Of a stretch of 64,000 nt of DNA, positions 47,200 through 55,904 are shown in pieces. A program made the position numbers and the translations under genes. Origin of the DNA: Myxococcales bacterium. GTDB taxonomy: Bacteria > Myxococcota_A > Polyangia > Polyangiales > Houyiibacteriaceae. The stretch covers positions 5,995 through 69,994 of the forward strand of contig JAOTYL010000013.1 in the NCBI GenBank assembly GCA_029861865.1, given 5' to 3'. Under the pieces are notes generated by a model. It was not told the DNA's origin and ran no database searches. It worked only from the letters and a program-made list of their open reading frames with translations. Each line of letters opens with the position of its first letter. Positions within the stretch are counted from its first letter, which is position 1.

Positions 47200-49659
47200 C
47201 TAGGGGAACCGTGCAGATACGTACCGATAGAAAGCTCTTAAGAGCGTGAAGTGCCATATCCAATGGCAGTACTCCTTGGTCTTTACAAAACCTATCCCAG
47301 CCAAGTGCTCACTGGACTGCTCATCCGTCAGCAGGATGCAGTTCGTGTAACCCAGTTGCCCGTAACGTTGGCGGGCCGCATCTCCAAGGGCGCGAATCAA
47401 CTCCCCGTCATGCTCGAGGCAATAAATCGTCGCCGCGTTCGTAAGCTCACTCAAATTCAAACCCGGGGACGAAATCTCGAGCAACGCAAAACCTGCCGGC
47501 TTTCCAGCGCGCTCCGCCACAAGGATCTCTCGTCGCCTAGTAAGTCCTAAGCCATCAAAGGAGTCGGTCACCTCCCGCATGTCAATTCGTTCGCGCGAGA
47601 CGTCGGCAGAGGAGAGAAGAATCGACCGACCTTCCGCAACCAGGCATGCCTCCAACGCGCCGAGGTCGGGAAGCTTGAACTTCCTGATCTCGTACCGATG
47701 CTTGTTCGGCTTGCGAATTCCAACACCAGTGAGCGAAGTCATATAGGCGAGGATCCGAAAGTCCGACACGTTTGGATCGTTCACTCGATGCGCGAAACGA
47801 CCGAATACATGATGGGGCCACTGGTTGTTCGGGCGGTATGCGACGCGCAGCCACTCTATTTTCGGATGTTGCTCGCAATATTCCGCCAACGCGAGGTTCA
47901 GCATGCTAGCCCATGACCCGCCAGCCTTGTGCGAGGTCGCCGCAAGATGCTGAAGCCCCCACGTCGAACTGAATAGCCGTACCGATGAGAGATGAGCGAC
48001 AATCTGCCGATCCTGGCGCACTAACCACGCCTTCGCGACTTCGTTCGGAGTACCTATCAACCGGTTCATCGTCTTCTTCGCGGCAACTACATCCAGGTGC
48101 GCTAGTTTGGCAGGGTATAAGAATCCGGACTCTTCAAGGAACCGCCAGATCTGTTCACATGTGGCGCCTTCGTCGGTGGAGACTTCTGGCAGCGAAGCCA
48201 GCGCGATTCGCGCCGCGAGCTCTCCTAGATCGTGCTGCGCCCCGTCGATGAACTCCACTACGCACCGAAGCGAGTGGCCCTCGCTCGCGTCTGAGTGCTT
48301 GCTGATCCGTCTTACTTGGCCGTCGACGCGGAACGAATCTCCATTTGCGAAAGTCAGTTCCAAACCTTGGACTCTCGTGCCAACTGGAAATAGATCGGAT
48401 TGGCGGGAAATGGGAAAGGAAACACTGCTGGCCGTGATATCGAGGGCGTTCGCCGTAACGCTCCTGACGGACAGCGGTGACCGAACCGTAATTTGAACGG
48501 GGGCGTCCTCCGAAGGACGAAAGCGCTGTACTCCGCGATTCCGCTTCGACACTATCGTCCTGGGAAGCCCCACAATGACAGCATCGGCCTGCGCATCTCG
48601 AACGGCTGTCCAGAACTGATGCTGAGTGCCGTCGCACTCAAAGCTCCCCTGTAGAACGTCTCCTGATTCCAATTGCCTGGCGGGCGATCCCCGCACTTTG
48701 AGCATCTTTGTTTCCGGTGCGAAGTCATCGAGCGTTGCTCGCAGGATTTCACCGTCTTCGCCGACACACACGAAAGACATGGCGCCTTCGATTCCCGCCA
48801 GCGCCTCAAACATGGCGGCAACGTGCGCCGGTTTCTCTGTGATCACTTCCCTAACCGGCGGTTGGCTGCTCGCTGCCCGAGTCAGAAACTCAATCCCCAG
48901 CCTGAAGCCGTTCGACGCCCTGTCGTGTCCCAGGTGTCGGACCACCCCTCCAATATCGTCGACGATGACACGCCGTCCGCGCACTACGGCCAACGCCTCC
49001 AAGCTTGTCCCTGGTACTGGCGCCCTCCCACCAAAGAACGGAAGCCTTACGGCACACCCCTGATTCGAAATATCTACGATCTCCCCTTGCATGTCGTGGC
49101 CAGCAAGAGTGAATCGGAGCTCTAGGTCAGAAATCGCAATGCGAGTCTCCGATCTCGGCATGGCCAGCCTAAAAACCTCCTGCCGAAGGTTAGATGCGAC
49201 TTCCTCACCGTCTACGACCACAAAAGAACGCCCGGTCGCAAGCTGGGCCGTCATGCTTGATCGTGTTTGGTCATCCGAGACGAAAATCGTTCGGGTGGCC
49301 AGTCCCTCCGATGCCACCAAGTCCAAGAAGTCCTTGCGGCAGAACGATCCTTCTGCGACCACGATGTCGGGCCTAGAGCGCAGAACGGCCTGCTCGAGTT
49401 TAGCGGGGTCAGAGGCCGAAGTGATGCGCACCAGACCCCTGAGCGCGAAGAGAATTCGCTGCCGGTTGCGGCTGTTCGCCGCTATCACGAATACATGAAC
49501 CGGATCAGCACCGCTAGCAGCGAACGTCCGCTGCGACCTATCGGGCGCTCCTTCAGGATTCACACACGTTTTCGAAGCCTGGGCCAAGTCTGGGGATAAT
49601 ACGTGAGCTGACCAGCGACGGTCCAGGTAAGTCGCAAGCAGCGTAAAAAAGCTGGACAT
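47200..49659 (-). CDS. PixB-like protein: receiver-like N-terminus, two PilZ domains and a C-terminal GNAT-type acetyltransferase-like region
   Basis: 819 aa. PilZ-1 has the canonical RSETR...DISNQG (49057-49155). PilZ-2 is degenerate (RGVQR...DITASS). The C-terminal approximately 300 aa are GNAT-like (GFALLEISSPGLNLSELTNAATIY...). Composition is markedly lower in GC than the flanks. Confidence 0.75.
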   Translation of the reverse strand: MSSFFTLLATYLDRRWSAHVLSPDLAQASKTCVNPEGAPDRSQRTFAASGADPVHVFVIAANSRNRQRILFALRGLVRITSASDPAKLEQAVLRSRPDIVVAEGSFCRKDFLDLVASEGLATRTIFVSDDQTRSSMTAQLATGRSFVVVDGEEVASNLRQEVFRLAMPRSETRIAISDLELRFTLAGHDMQGEIVDISNQGCAVRLPFFGGRAPVPGTSLEALAVVRGRRVIVDDIGGVVRHLGHDRASNGFRLGIEFLTRAASSQPPVREVITEKPAHVAAMFEALAGIEGAMSFVCVGEDGEILRATLDDFAPETKMLKVRGSPARQLESGDVLQGSFECDGTQHQFWTAVRDAQADAVIVGLPRTIVSKRNRGVQRFRPSEDAPVQITVRSPLSVRSVTANALDITASSVSFPISRQSDLFPVGTRVQGLELTFANGDSFRVDGQVRRISKHSDASEGHSLRCVVEFIDGAQHDLGELAARIALASLPEVSTDEGATCEQIWRFLEESGFLYPAKLAHLDVVAAKKTMNRLIGTPNEVAKAWLVRQDRQIVAHLSSVRLFSSTWGLQHLAATSHKAGGSWASMLNLALAEYCEQHPKIEWLRVAYRPNNQWPHHVFGRFAHRVNDPNVSDFRILAYMTSLTGVGIRKPNKHRYEIRKFKLPDLGALEACLVAEGRSILLSSADVSRERIDMREVTDSFDGLGLTRRREILVAERAGKPAGFALLEISSPGLNLSELTNAATIYCLEHDGELIRALGDAARQRYGQLGYTNCILLTDEQSSEHLAGIGFVKTKEYCHWIWHFTLLRAFYRYVSARFP

Positions 49660-49807
49660 GCGACCAGCTAAGTACTGCCGCCTGGACTAGGTCGGCACAT
49701 CACACCACGAAACGTGCGTACCAGTTTCTTATACGCGAGTGCAAGGATATTCTGAACGGCCGAGCGGTCCATGATAAGGGCTGCACAGCGGAGTACTGCA
49801 GAAAGAC

Positions 49808-50605
49808 TTACAAAGGACGCAGTCCCTCCACTAGGATCAAGACGCTGTAATAAAACGTATCTGACGCAGCCAGCATGTCCATGAAGCTTTCGGCGAACGA
49901 CTCGTAGCGTTCCACGCTTCCTAGGGCCTCAATGCCTTTTGGAGCGACCGTTTTGAGCTTTTGGCGCCAGTTCTCAAGGTGATCTGAGGAGGCAGCGCCA
50001 GGGTAGAGGTGGTACGGAATGACGTGAGCGCGGATCTCCTTCAGCCCCGCATTATGGGCGAAGTGGTAGAGCTTTCTGCCCACGTACGGGTCAAAGCTAC
50101 CTTGCAATGCGCTCATCAGGACGTCCAGGTCCTGAGCAACTCGGGAACGCATCGGATAGTGGAACAGCGCGTTCCCATCAAGATCAGCGAGCACGACTTT
50201 GCCACCGGGCTTCGCCAACTTGACAAGCTCCGTGACAGCCAGCTGTGGATTTGGCAGGTACTCCAACACAAAGCGACACCAGACCAAGTCGAACGCGCCC
50301 TGCTCCAGGCCTGAGTGGATAACGTCGCCATGGTGAAAGACGAGGTTGCGAACACCTTCGGCACGCCGCTTGCCTTCGGCGAGGCGTGTCTTCGAGATGT
50401 CGAGTGCGGTCACGGAGCCACTGACACCGACAAGATCGCTCATCACGCGAGCTACTGCTCCGGTTCCGGCCCCAGCGTCGAGGACGCACATACCTGCCCG
50501 CGTGCCCACCGCCGCAAGCAGCCTCCTCGTGAACTCATCGTCGGTCTTCTTCTCGAGCCGAAGCCCCTCGTCGGGGGACTCCATGATATATTCCGTCATC
50601 GTCAT
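49808..50605 (-). CDS. Class I SAM-dependent methyltransferase
   Basis: 265 aa. Motif I VLDAGAGTGAVA, post-I VTALDIS, FDLVWCRFVLEYL, GGKVVLADLD. Confidence 0.85.
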   Translation of the reverse strand: MTMTEYIMESPDEGLRLEKKTDDEFTRRLLAAVGTRAGMCVLDAGAGTGAVARVMSDLVGVSGSVTALDISKTRLAEGKRRAEGVRNLVFHHGDVIHSGLEQGAFDLVWCRFVLEYLPNPQLAVTELVKLAKPGGKVVLADLDGNALFHYPMRSRVAQDLDVLMSALQGSFDPYVGRKLYHFAHNAGLKEIRAHVIPYHLYPGAASSDHLENWRQKLKTVAPKGIEALGSVERYESFAESFMDMLAASDTFYYSVLILVEGLRPL

Positions 50606-50869
50606 TGCGAGGTTGGTATTGAGTTAAGGGTGTGAAGCCCGCCGAGGGGGCAGGATAGCACGCCGAGCCGTTTCGATTGTCTTTATTGAGGAGCAGATGA
50701 ACGAACGCGCTCGGCCTGCGGCCGGAGAAATGGCTCGGCCACCGTTCTCGCTGATAGCGCGCAAGAGCACCGTCCCGAGCTGGGTTCCCAGGTAAGCCGG
50801 CACATCGGGACATTGGCGCCTCCCCAAAGCCTGGTTTCGAGTTACGCTTGCTGGTCGAGGTGACCCAAC

Positions 50870-52282
50870 ATGAGTCTTGACCAGACTTTGCTATCCGCGG
50901 CCAGCGAGAAGGCCGCATTTGACACGGTCTATCGCGAGGCACAGGCGCAGCTGTTCAGGCGAAACGTATTGTTCGCGGCGGCTGTGTTCATGGCATTCAT
51001 TTGCTGGGACGTGATCGTTGCGCCCATGAGCGTGAGGACGACGCTGGGGATACGCTTGGTGTTCCTGGGTTTCTGCATGCTTTTGTTCATCGCGAGCGGT
51101 CTTCCGAGCGTTCGGCGATGGTACAACTGGTACTACGTGGTGCTGCTCGGCTCGGCGGGGGTCGGTGTGTCCGCGATTCTTTGGTACGTGCCTCAAGGCT
51201 TTGCGATCGGCATTGCGGGCGTGCTTATCTGCATCGCGGCGTCGTCCGCGATCTTTCGTGCGAACGCCTGGTCGACGGCCCTGGCCGGGGTAGTGATAGC
51301 GCTGGGCACCATCGCGCTTATGATGCTTCACGGAGAGCCTGAATATTTGGTTCGGAGCCACGCGATCTTTCTGGTGGCGGGCGTTGGGTTTGCCCTGCTT
51401 CACAGCGTGCAAGCAGAGCGCACCGCTCGTCAGGTTTTTCAAGCGCAGGAGCGGTTGGAGAGTGAGAAGTCGCGCAGCCAGGCGCTTCTCAAGGATATCA
51501 CCACCATGCGCGCAGAGCGGCTGACGTGGCTCGAAAATCTGGCTCGGTTTCTCCGGCATGAGCTCAAGAATCAGATTGTGGCGATGGGGACTTCGATCGA
51601 TCTCGCGCAGACCGGGGATTCGCTCGTTGCAAATCGGGTGTATCTTGACCGTGCACAACGCAGCCTGAACCGAATGCGGGGCCTCGTGTCGTCTGCCACG
51701 GAGGCCACGAGCCTCGAGGCGGCGTTGGCAGTCGACGAGACGGAACAGGTCGATCTGAGCGCCTTGGTGGCAGACCGAGTATTGGCCTTTCAGCAGCTTC
51801 ACCCTTCGAGGCAGCTCGTGCTCAGGCTGAAGCCAGGGCTGTTCGTTCAGGGTAATGAAGAGCGCCTGATGCAGTTGCTCGACAAATTGTTGAACAATGC
51901 GGTGGAGCACTCGGTAGCCGACGCCGAGATCCGCGTGACCCTTCGGCGCCTGGACAACCACGAGTTCGAGCTCACCGTAGAGAACGACGGCGACCCGCTA
52001 CCGAAGGACAAAGAGCGCATCTTCGAGGCGTTCGTGTCGTCGCAAAAACGCCCAGAGAATCTCGGGCTCGGCTTGTTTGTGGCGCAGTCGATCGCCCAGA
52101 ACCACGGGGGACACATCGTCGCGGAGGACCTGCCGGGCAGTGGCGGAGCGCGGTTTGTGTTGCGGCTGCCGGAAGTGCGCGAGCAGACCAGTGTCGCTGT
52201 GAACGATGCCTCCGCGCAAGGGCGCGTCTCGACCGAGCCTGGCAAGACTTTCGTGCCCCCGTCGATCGAAGCCGAGGACTGA
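50870..52282 (+). CDS. Membrane sensor histidine kinase (orphan), paralogue of 57566..58903
   Basis: 470 aa. About 6 TM helices without a large periplasmic loop, H-box ARFLRHELKNQIVAM, N-box LLNNAVEHS, G-box NLGLGLFVAQSIAQNHGG. Confidence 0.85.
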   Translation: MSLDQTLLSAASEKAAFDTVYREAQAQLFRRNVLFAAAVFMAFICWDVIVAPMSVRTTLGIRLVFLGFCMLLFIASGLPSVRRWYNWYYVVLLGSAGVGVSAILWYVPQGFAIGIAGVLICIAASSAIFRANAWSTALAGVVIALGTIALMMLHGEPEYLVRSHAIFLVAGVGFALLHSVQAERTARQVFQAQERLESEKSRSQALLKDITTMRAERLTWLENLARFLRHELKNQIVAMGTSIDLAQTGDSLVANRVYLDRAQRSLNRMRGLVSSATEATSLEAALAVDETEQVDLSALVADRVLAFQQLHPSRQLVLRLKPGLFVQGNEERLMQLLDKLLNNAVEHSVADAEIRVTLRRLDNHEFELTVENDGDPLPKDKERIFEAFVSSQKRPENLGLGLFVAQSIAQNHGGHIVAEDLPGSGGARFVLRLPEVREQTSVAVNDASAQGRVSTEPGKTFVPPSIEAED

Positions 52283-52333
52283 TCCCGTTTCGCCGTTCGA
52301 CGAATTGACCTGTTCGCGACGGATGTCGAAAGC

Positions 52334-53257
52334 TTAGCCGCCGCAGTAGTCGTCGCCGCCGGAGCCGGAGGAGCCGCAGGTGGAGCCGGGTCGGCCCAGC
52401 GGGATATCCTCGAGGCATTCGATCAAGCTTTGGCAGGCATAGGTGCAGCGATTCTCCAGGCTGCCTACCTGCCTGCAGAGGCCGCTTGGTTGCGGGCAAT
52501 CTTGGTCGTCCCCGCCGTCGCAGCGAACGTTGGTCAGCAGTCCTCTGACGGCCTCGCAAGTGGCGAGCTCCTCGTTGATGCCGCAGTAGTCGGCTACAGC
52601 CGCGTCGGACAGACTCGGGCGGTTCTCTAGCGTGATCGAGTACGGTTGCTCGCACCCGCCTTCGGTCGTCTTCAAACAAAACCCCGTCAGCTCATCAGGG
52701 TAGGCTGCGCCCTGATACTCCATCGCCACGCAGCGGTTCCCTGCGTTTTGGCACTCGCTGTCGCTGACGCACGTTTGGCAGGTGTCGCGGCTGGCTAGCA
52801 TCGTGGCGGTGCAGGCGAAGTTGTCCGGGTTGCAGCTGTTGCCGCCGCAGTCGCGGTCTTCGGTGGCGGGGACGCACTCGACGCAGGTTCCCGCGTTGCA
52901 GAGGGGCAACCCTTCGATGCCGTCGCAGTCGGCCTCGCCTGCGCATTCGACGCACTCGTTGAGTTCGGTGTCGCATCCCGCCGCAGTGGGGTCGTCGCAA
53001 TCGGAGCTGGCAACGCATTCGACGCACTTGTTGTCGTCGGTGTTGCAGACTGGAGTGCTGTCGATGCACGCGCTCGCGTTTTGCGCAGTGCACTCGACGC
53101 ACATCTGTGTCGTTTCGTTGCAGGCGGGGGTCGCCGAGTCGCAAAAACCGCACAGGCCGGCTTCGACGCTGCCGTCTGGCACCTCGAGGAACTTGTCTTC
53201 GAGGACGCAGCCGGCGGTGAGTGTGAATAACCAAAGGAAGCAAGTGAGCGATCTCAT
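52334..53257 (-). CDS. Cysteine-rich repeat lipoprotein (Myxococcus-type Cys-rich repeats)
   Basis: 307 aa. Signal LWLFTLTAGC. Repeated C-x2-C spacing with four CVEC units (MCVECTAQNASAC, KCVECVASSDCDD, ECVECAGEADCDG, TCVECVPATEDRDCGG). Confidence 0.75.
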   Translation of the reverse strand: MRSLTCFLWLFTLTAGCVLEDKFLEVPDGSVEAGLCGFCDSATPACNETTQMCVECTAQNASACIDSTPVCNTDDNKCVECVASSDCDDPTAAGCDTELNECVECAGEADCDGIEGLPLCNAGTCVECVPATEDRDCGGNSCNPDNFACTATMLASRDTCQTCVSDSECQNAGNRCVAMEYQGAAYPDELTGFCLKTTEGGCEQPYSITLENRPSLSDAAVADYCGINEELATCEAVRGLLTNVRCDGGDDQDCPQPSGLCRQVGSLENRCTYACQSLIECLEDIPLGRPGSTCGSSGSGGDDYCGG

Positions 53258-53270
53258 TGCCTCTCCTTTT

Positions 53271-54140
53271 TCAAAACCGGAGCCTCAAGTCAAACCCCCG
53301 AGGGCTCACGCGGATTGCGGTGTTCGACGTGGCCGCGGTTCGTTCGGCCTGACGCCGCCGGCGCTTATCCCCGAGCACCCACCATGCGGTGCCTCCGGCG
53401 AGGGCCGCGGCCCCGACGACCGACCAAGCGACCACGGCGCCTTTGTTGAGCTCTTGGGTTTCGTCTTTCATGCCGGCTGCGGCTCCGATCCCGACGAAGG
53501 CCACCGCACCGCCCGCCCAGAGAAGGATGGGCCCCGCCCTCCAGGCGTGGGGACGTGCAGATGTCTGCTTGGGCTCGTCTGCTGCTCGAGGGACGGCGGA
53601 CGGGGTGTTCGACTCGAGCTCGCTCCGCCGTGCGAGAAGCTCGTCGACCAGGGCTGCGGTCGTCTGGGACAGGTCACCGTCGATGACAGTACCCGCATTC
53701 AAGTTTCGGCCCGACTTTCCAACGAGCGTGAGGGTGACCTCGCGTCGGTCGCCTGCCCGGACCCACATCGCAGGCACGATCCCAAACGCAGCCCCCCCGC
53801 CCTCGAGCGTTTGCTCCACGCATGCCAGTGTCCCGCAGGCGACTAGTGCCTCACCCCGAGCTTTGTCGGTGACGACCGCGTACCCGCGCTCCACGAGCGC
53901 CCCCAACAGGGCTTCCCCGACACGATCAGCATAAGCCGCCCGAACCTCCGAAGCCCCCTGCACCAACGCCACCAAGACTGTCGCTGGCACTGGCACTGGC
54001 ACTGGCACTGGCGCTGACACTGGCACTGACACTGGCGCTGACACTGCTCCTGTCTCTGCCCCTGCCTCTGTCGCTGACTGCGCCCCTGCGACCGGCACCC
54101 CGATCGCCAACGCCCCCAACACCAGCACCCCCCACCACAT
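53271..54140 (-). CDS. Hypothetical secreted/membrane protein with a (V/S)(P/A) repeat linker and two C-terminal TM helices
   Basis: Start taken at ATG 54140, which shares one base with the upstream stop (TGATG). Signal MWWGVLVLGALAIGVPVAGAQS, linker VSAPVSVPVSAPVPVPVPVP, ends ...RVSPRGFDLRLRF. Confidence 0.6.
   Translation of the reverse strand: MWWGVLVLGALAIGVPVAGAQSATEAGAETGAVSAPVSVPVSAPVPVPVPVPATVLVALVQGASEVRAAYADRVGEALLGALVERGYAVVTDKARGEALVACGTLACVEQTLEGGGAAFGIVPAMWVRAGDRREVTLTLVGKSGRNLNAGTVIDGDLSQTTAALVDELLARRSELESNTPSAVPRAADEPKQTSARPHAWRAGPILLWAGGAVAFVGIGAAAGMKDETQELNKGAVVAWSVVGAAALAGGTAWWVLGDKRRRRQAERTAATSNTAIRVSPRGFDLRLRF
53984..54043. repeat. Ten tandem hexanucleotide units CTG(G/A)C(A/G)
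   Basis: CTGGCA x4, CTGGCG, CTGACA, CTGGCA, CTGACA, CTGGCG, CTGACA read directly from the sequence. On the minus strand they encode the VSAPVSVPVSAPVPVPVPVP linker. Confidence 0.9.
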
Positions 54141-55897
54141 CAAAACGCTCGCCGCACTTGGAACATCGCCCCTTGCCGACTCACCAACGCCGATGCGTTC
54201 ATCCGAAGGGGCCGAAACAGATACACCAGAGGCACCGTCAATAACGGCGCCGCCCCCGCTAACGCGAGCGATACTCGCCCCGCCTCTTGGCCGCGGCTCA
54301 CACACGCCCGCACCGCCGTCACATCGGTAACGAACGGTTCCGGACATGCGGTCAGCGTCACGCCTTCGTAAATCGCGTACCCGGTGAGCCCGAGGCCGAC
54401 CGCCCCGAGCGTCCAGCCCCACCACGGGGTTCGCTCATAGTTCGGCAAGAGCAGGGGCATTGAGGCGGTTGTCGCGGCGCCACCGACGGCAGCAAGGGTC
54501 CACACAGCGATCCGCGCGTCTTGCCAGTCTTGGGCGGCCTGCAGGCTCGAGGGGGCACTGATGAGCTCGTCGCCGAGGGTTCCGCGGTGCACGTGAAGCC
54601 CGACCGCTGCCCCAATGCTCGCGACCCCGGCGCCAAAAAGCGACCATCCCGCAATGCGTTGGTTGCGTGGTCGCGCGGTACCGGCCTTCCCGATTTGCGC
54701 TTCGGCAACCGTCGCCGCCGAGGTCGCCGCGACCGCACGCCGCTTGGCCGCCGCCTCCAGTTCGGCGTCCCAGCTTGCCCGCGCGATCGGATGCGGCCCC
54801 GAGAAGTCGACTGAGCGGCCTTCGAAGAGCGCATCCACCCCGCGCCGCACCTCGTCGCCCGTAAGACCACGGTCGCCGGTCGCCAACCACACCGACGAAG
54901 CCTTGACGCCCTTCGCGTCCAAATCGATGCGGACGACCTTTGCCGAAGGCCGGCTCACGACCAGCAGGTTTGCACCCCCGAGCACGCGAGCGACCTGTGC
55001 TGCGTCCCCCATGCGGCGGGCGGCCGAGGCTTCGGGAGAGGCGTACTCTAGATGCAGCACCGGCCGCGTCTGCACGATGCGCTCGAACGCCATGTCGAAC
55101 ACCACCGTATTGTCGCCGCTTTCGATCGCGACCCGATGAATGCGCCCGCGCGTTTCGGGCTCGCATTCGACCTGCAGTCGATAGGTGCCGACCGGCAGCT
55201 CGACGTCGCGAAGTGGCGTCTGCCCAAACTCGACCCCGTTGATCCGAACCAGGCAATCAGAGGGTGTGCTCCTAACCTCGAGGATACCAGGCGCCTCGGC
55301 AGCCATCTCCTGGTCGACCTCGGCCAAAAGGTCGCGCACCTCGGGGGTGTGCCGAAACGCGGTTGGCTCGACGCGCGGCACCAATCGTCGGCATTCGCGC
55401 GCCTGCCTTCGGGCCTCGGCGGCGTTCTTGGTTTCGACGTACGCACGCACCATGAACAGACACGTGTCGAGCACCTGCTGCGCGCGCGCCGCCTCCCGGT
55501 TGAGCTCGGCCGCAGCCCCTTCGGCAAGCCGTTGCGCCGCCTTGAGCTCCCGCCGTGCCGCTTTGTAATCGGCGCGCGCCAAATACTTCACCGCGGCCCG
55601 CGACCGCTCGACCCACAAATCGATGTCGCTTTGGCTGATCTCGGGCGCCGGGGCCGAGCCGACGACCTCGAAGCGCTCGGAGGCCCGATCGGCGCGCCAC
55701 ACCTCTCTACTGCGAACCGTGAGCTCGTGGCGTACCGCTTCGGCGTCGCTGTGGAGGCGCTCGACCCCGCCGTCGGTGACGGCCGGCAAGACCAGCCAGC
55801 GCGCCGAGGACGCCGGAAGCTCGTCGGCCTGTCCGAGCGAGGGGACCGGCGGCCAAGTCACGGCGAGCGCGCACAGCGAAGCGATGACGAGTCGCAT
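54140..55897 (-). CDS. PEGA-domain protein with a signal peptide and four C-terminal TM helices
   Basis: Start taken at ATG 55897 (MRLVIASLCALAVTW), preceded by GAGGA and 7 nt after the upstream stop. PEGA-like LEVRSTPSDCLVRINGVEFGQTPLRDVELPVGTYRLQVE. Ends ...GAMFQVRRAF. Confidence 0.7.
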   Translation of the reverse strand: MRLVIASLCALAVTWPPVPSLGQADELPASSARWLVLPAVTDGGVERLHSDAEAVRHELTVRSREVWRADRASERFEVVGSAPAPEISQSDIDLWVERSRAAVKYLARADYKAARRELKAAQRLAEGAAAELNREAARAQQVLDTCLFMVRAYVETKNAAEARRQARECRRLVPRVEPTAFRHTPEVRDLLAEVDQEMAAEAPGILEVRSTPSDCLVRINGVEFGQTPLRDVELPVGTYRLQVECEPETRGRIHRVAIESGDNTVVFDMAFERIVQTRPVLHLEYASPEASAARRMGDAAQVARVLGGANLLVVSRPSAKVVRIDLDAKGVKASSVWLATGDRGLTGDEVRRGVDALFEGRSVDFSGPHPIARASWDAELEAAAKRRAVAATSAATVAEAQIGKAGTARPRNQRIAGWSLFGAGVASIGAAVGLHVHRGTLGDELISAPSSLQAAQDWQDARIAVWTLAAVGGAATTASMPLLLPNYERTPWWGWTLGAVGLGLTGYAIYEGVTLTACPEPFVTDVTAVRACVSRGQEAGRVSLALAGAAPLLTVPLVYLFRPLRMNASALVSRQGAMFQVRRAF

Positions 55898-55904
55898 GCG
55901 TCCT

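Noticed and set aside
50697-50795. 32-aa ORF (MNERARPAAGEMARPPFSLIARKSTVPSWVPR) preceded by GAGGAG in the spacer upstream of kinase 50870
   Set aside because: The Shine-Dalgarno spacing is only 3 nt, and the peptide has no hydrophobic or conserved character. It is too weak to call as a gene or leader peptide.
50891-51961. 356-aa minus-strand ORF
   Set aside because: It is antisense to the histidine kinase 50870..52282. Its composition is Arg/His/Pro-rich and low-complexity.
53984-54043. Possible CRISPR-like or other non-coding repeat array
   Set aside because: The units are 6 nt with no spacers and lie in frame within a CDS. This is a coding microsatellite, not a CRISPR array.
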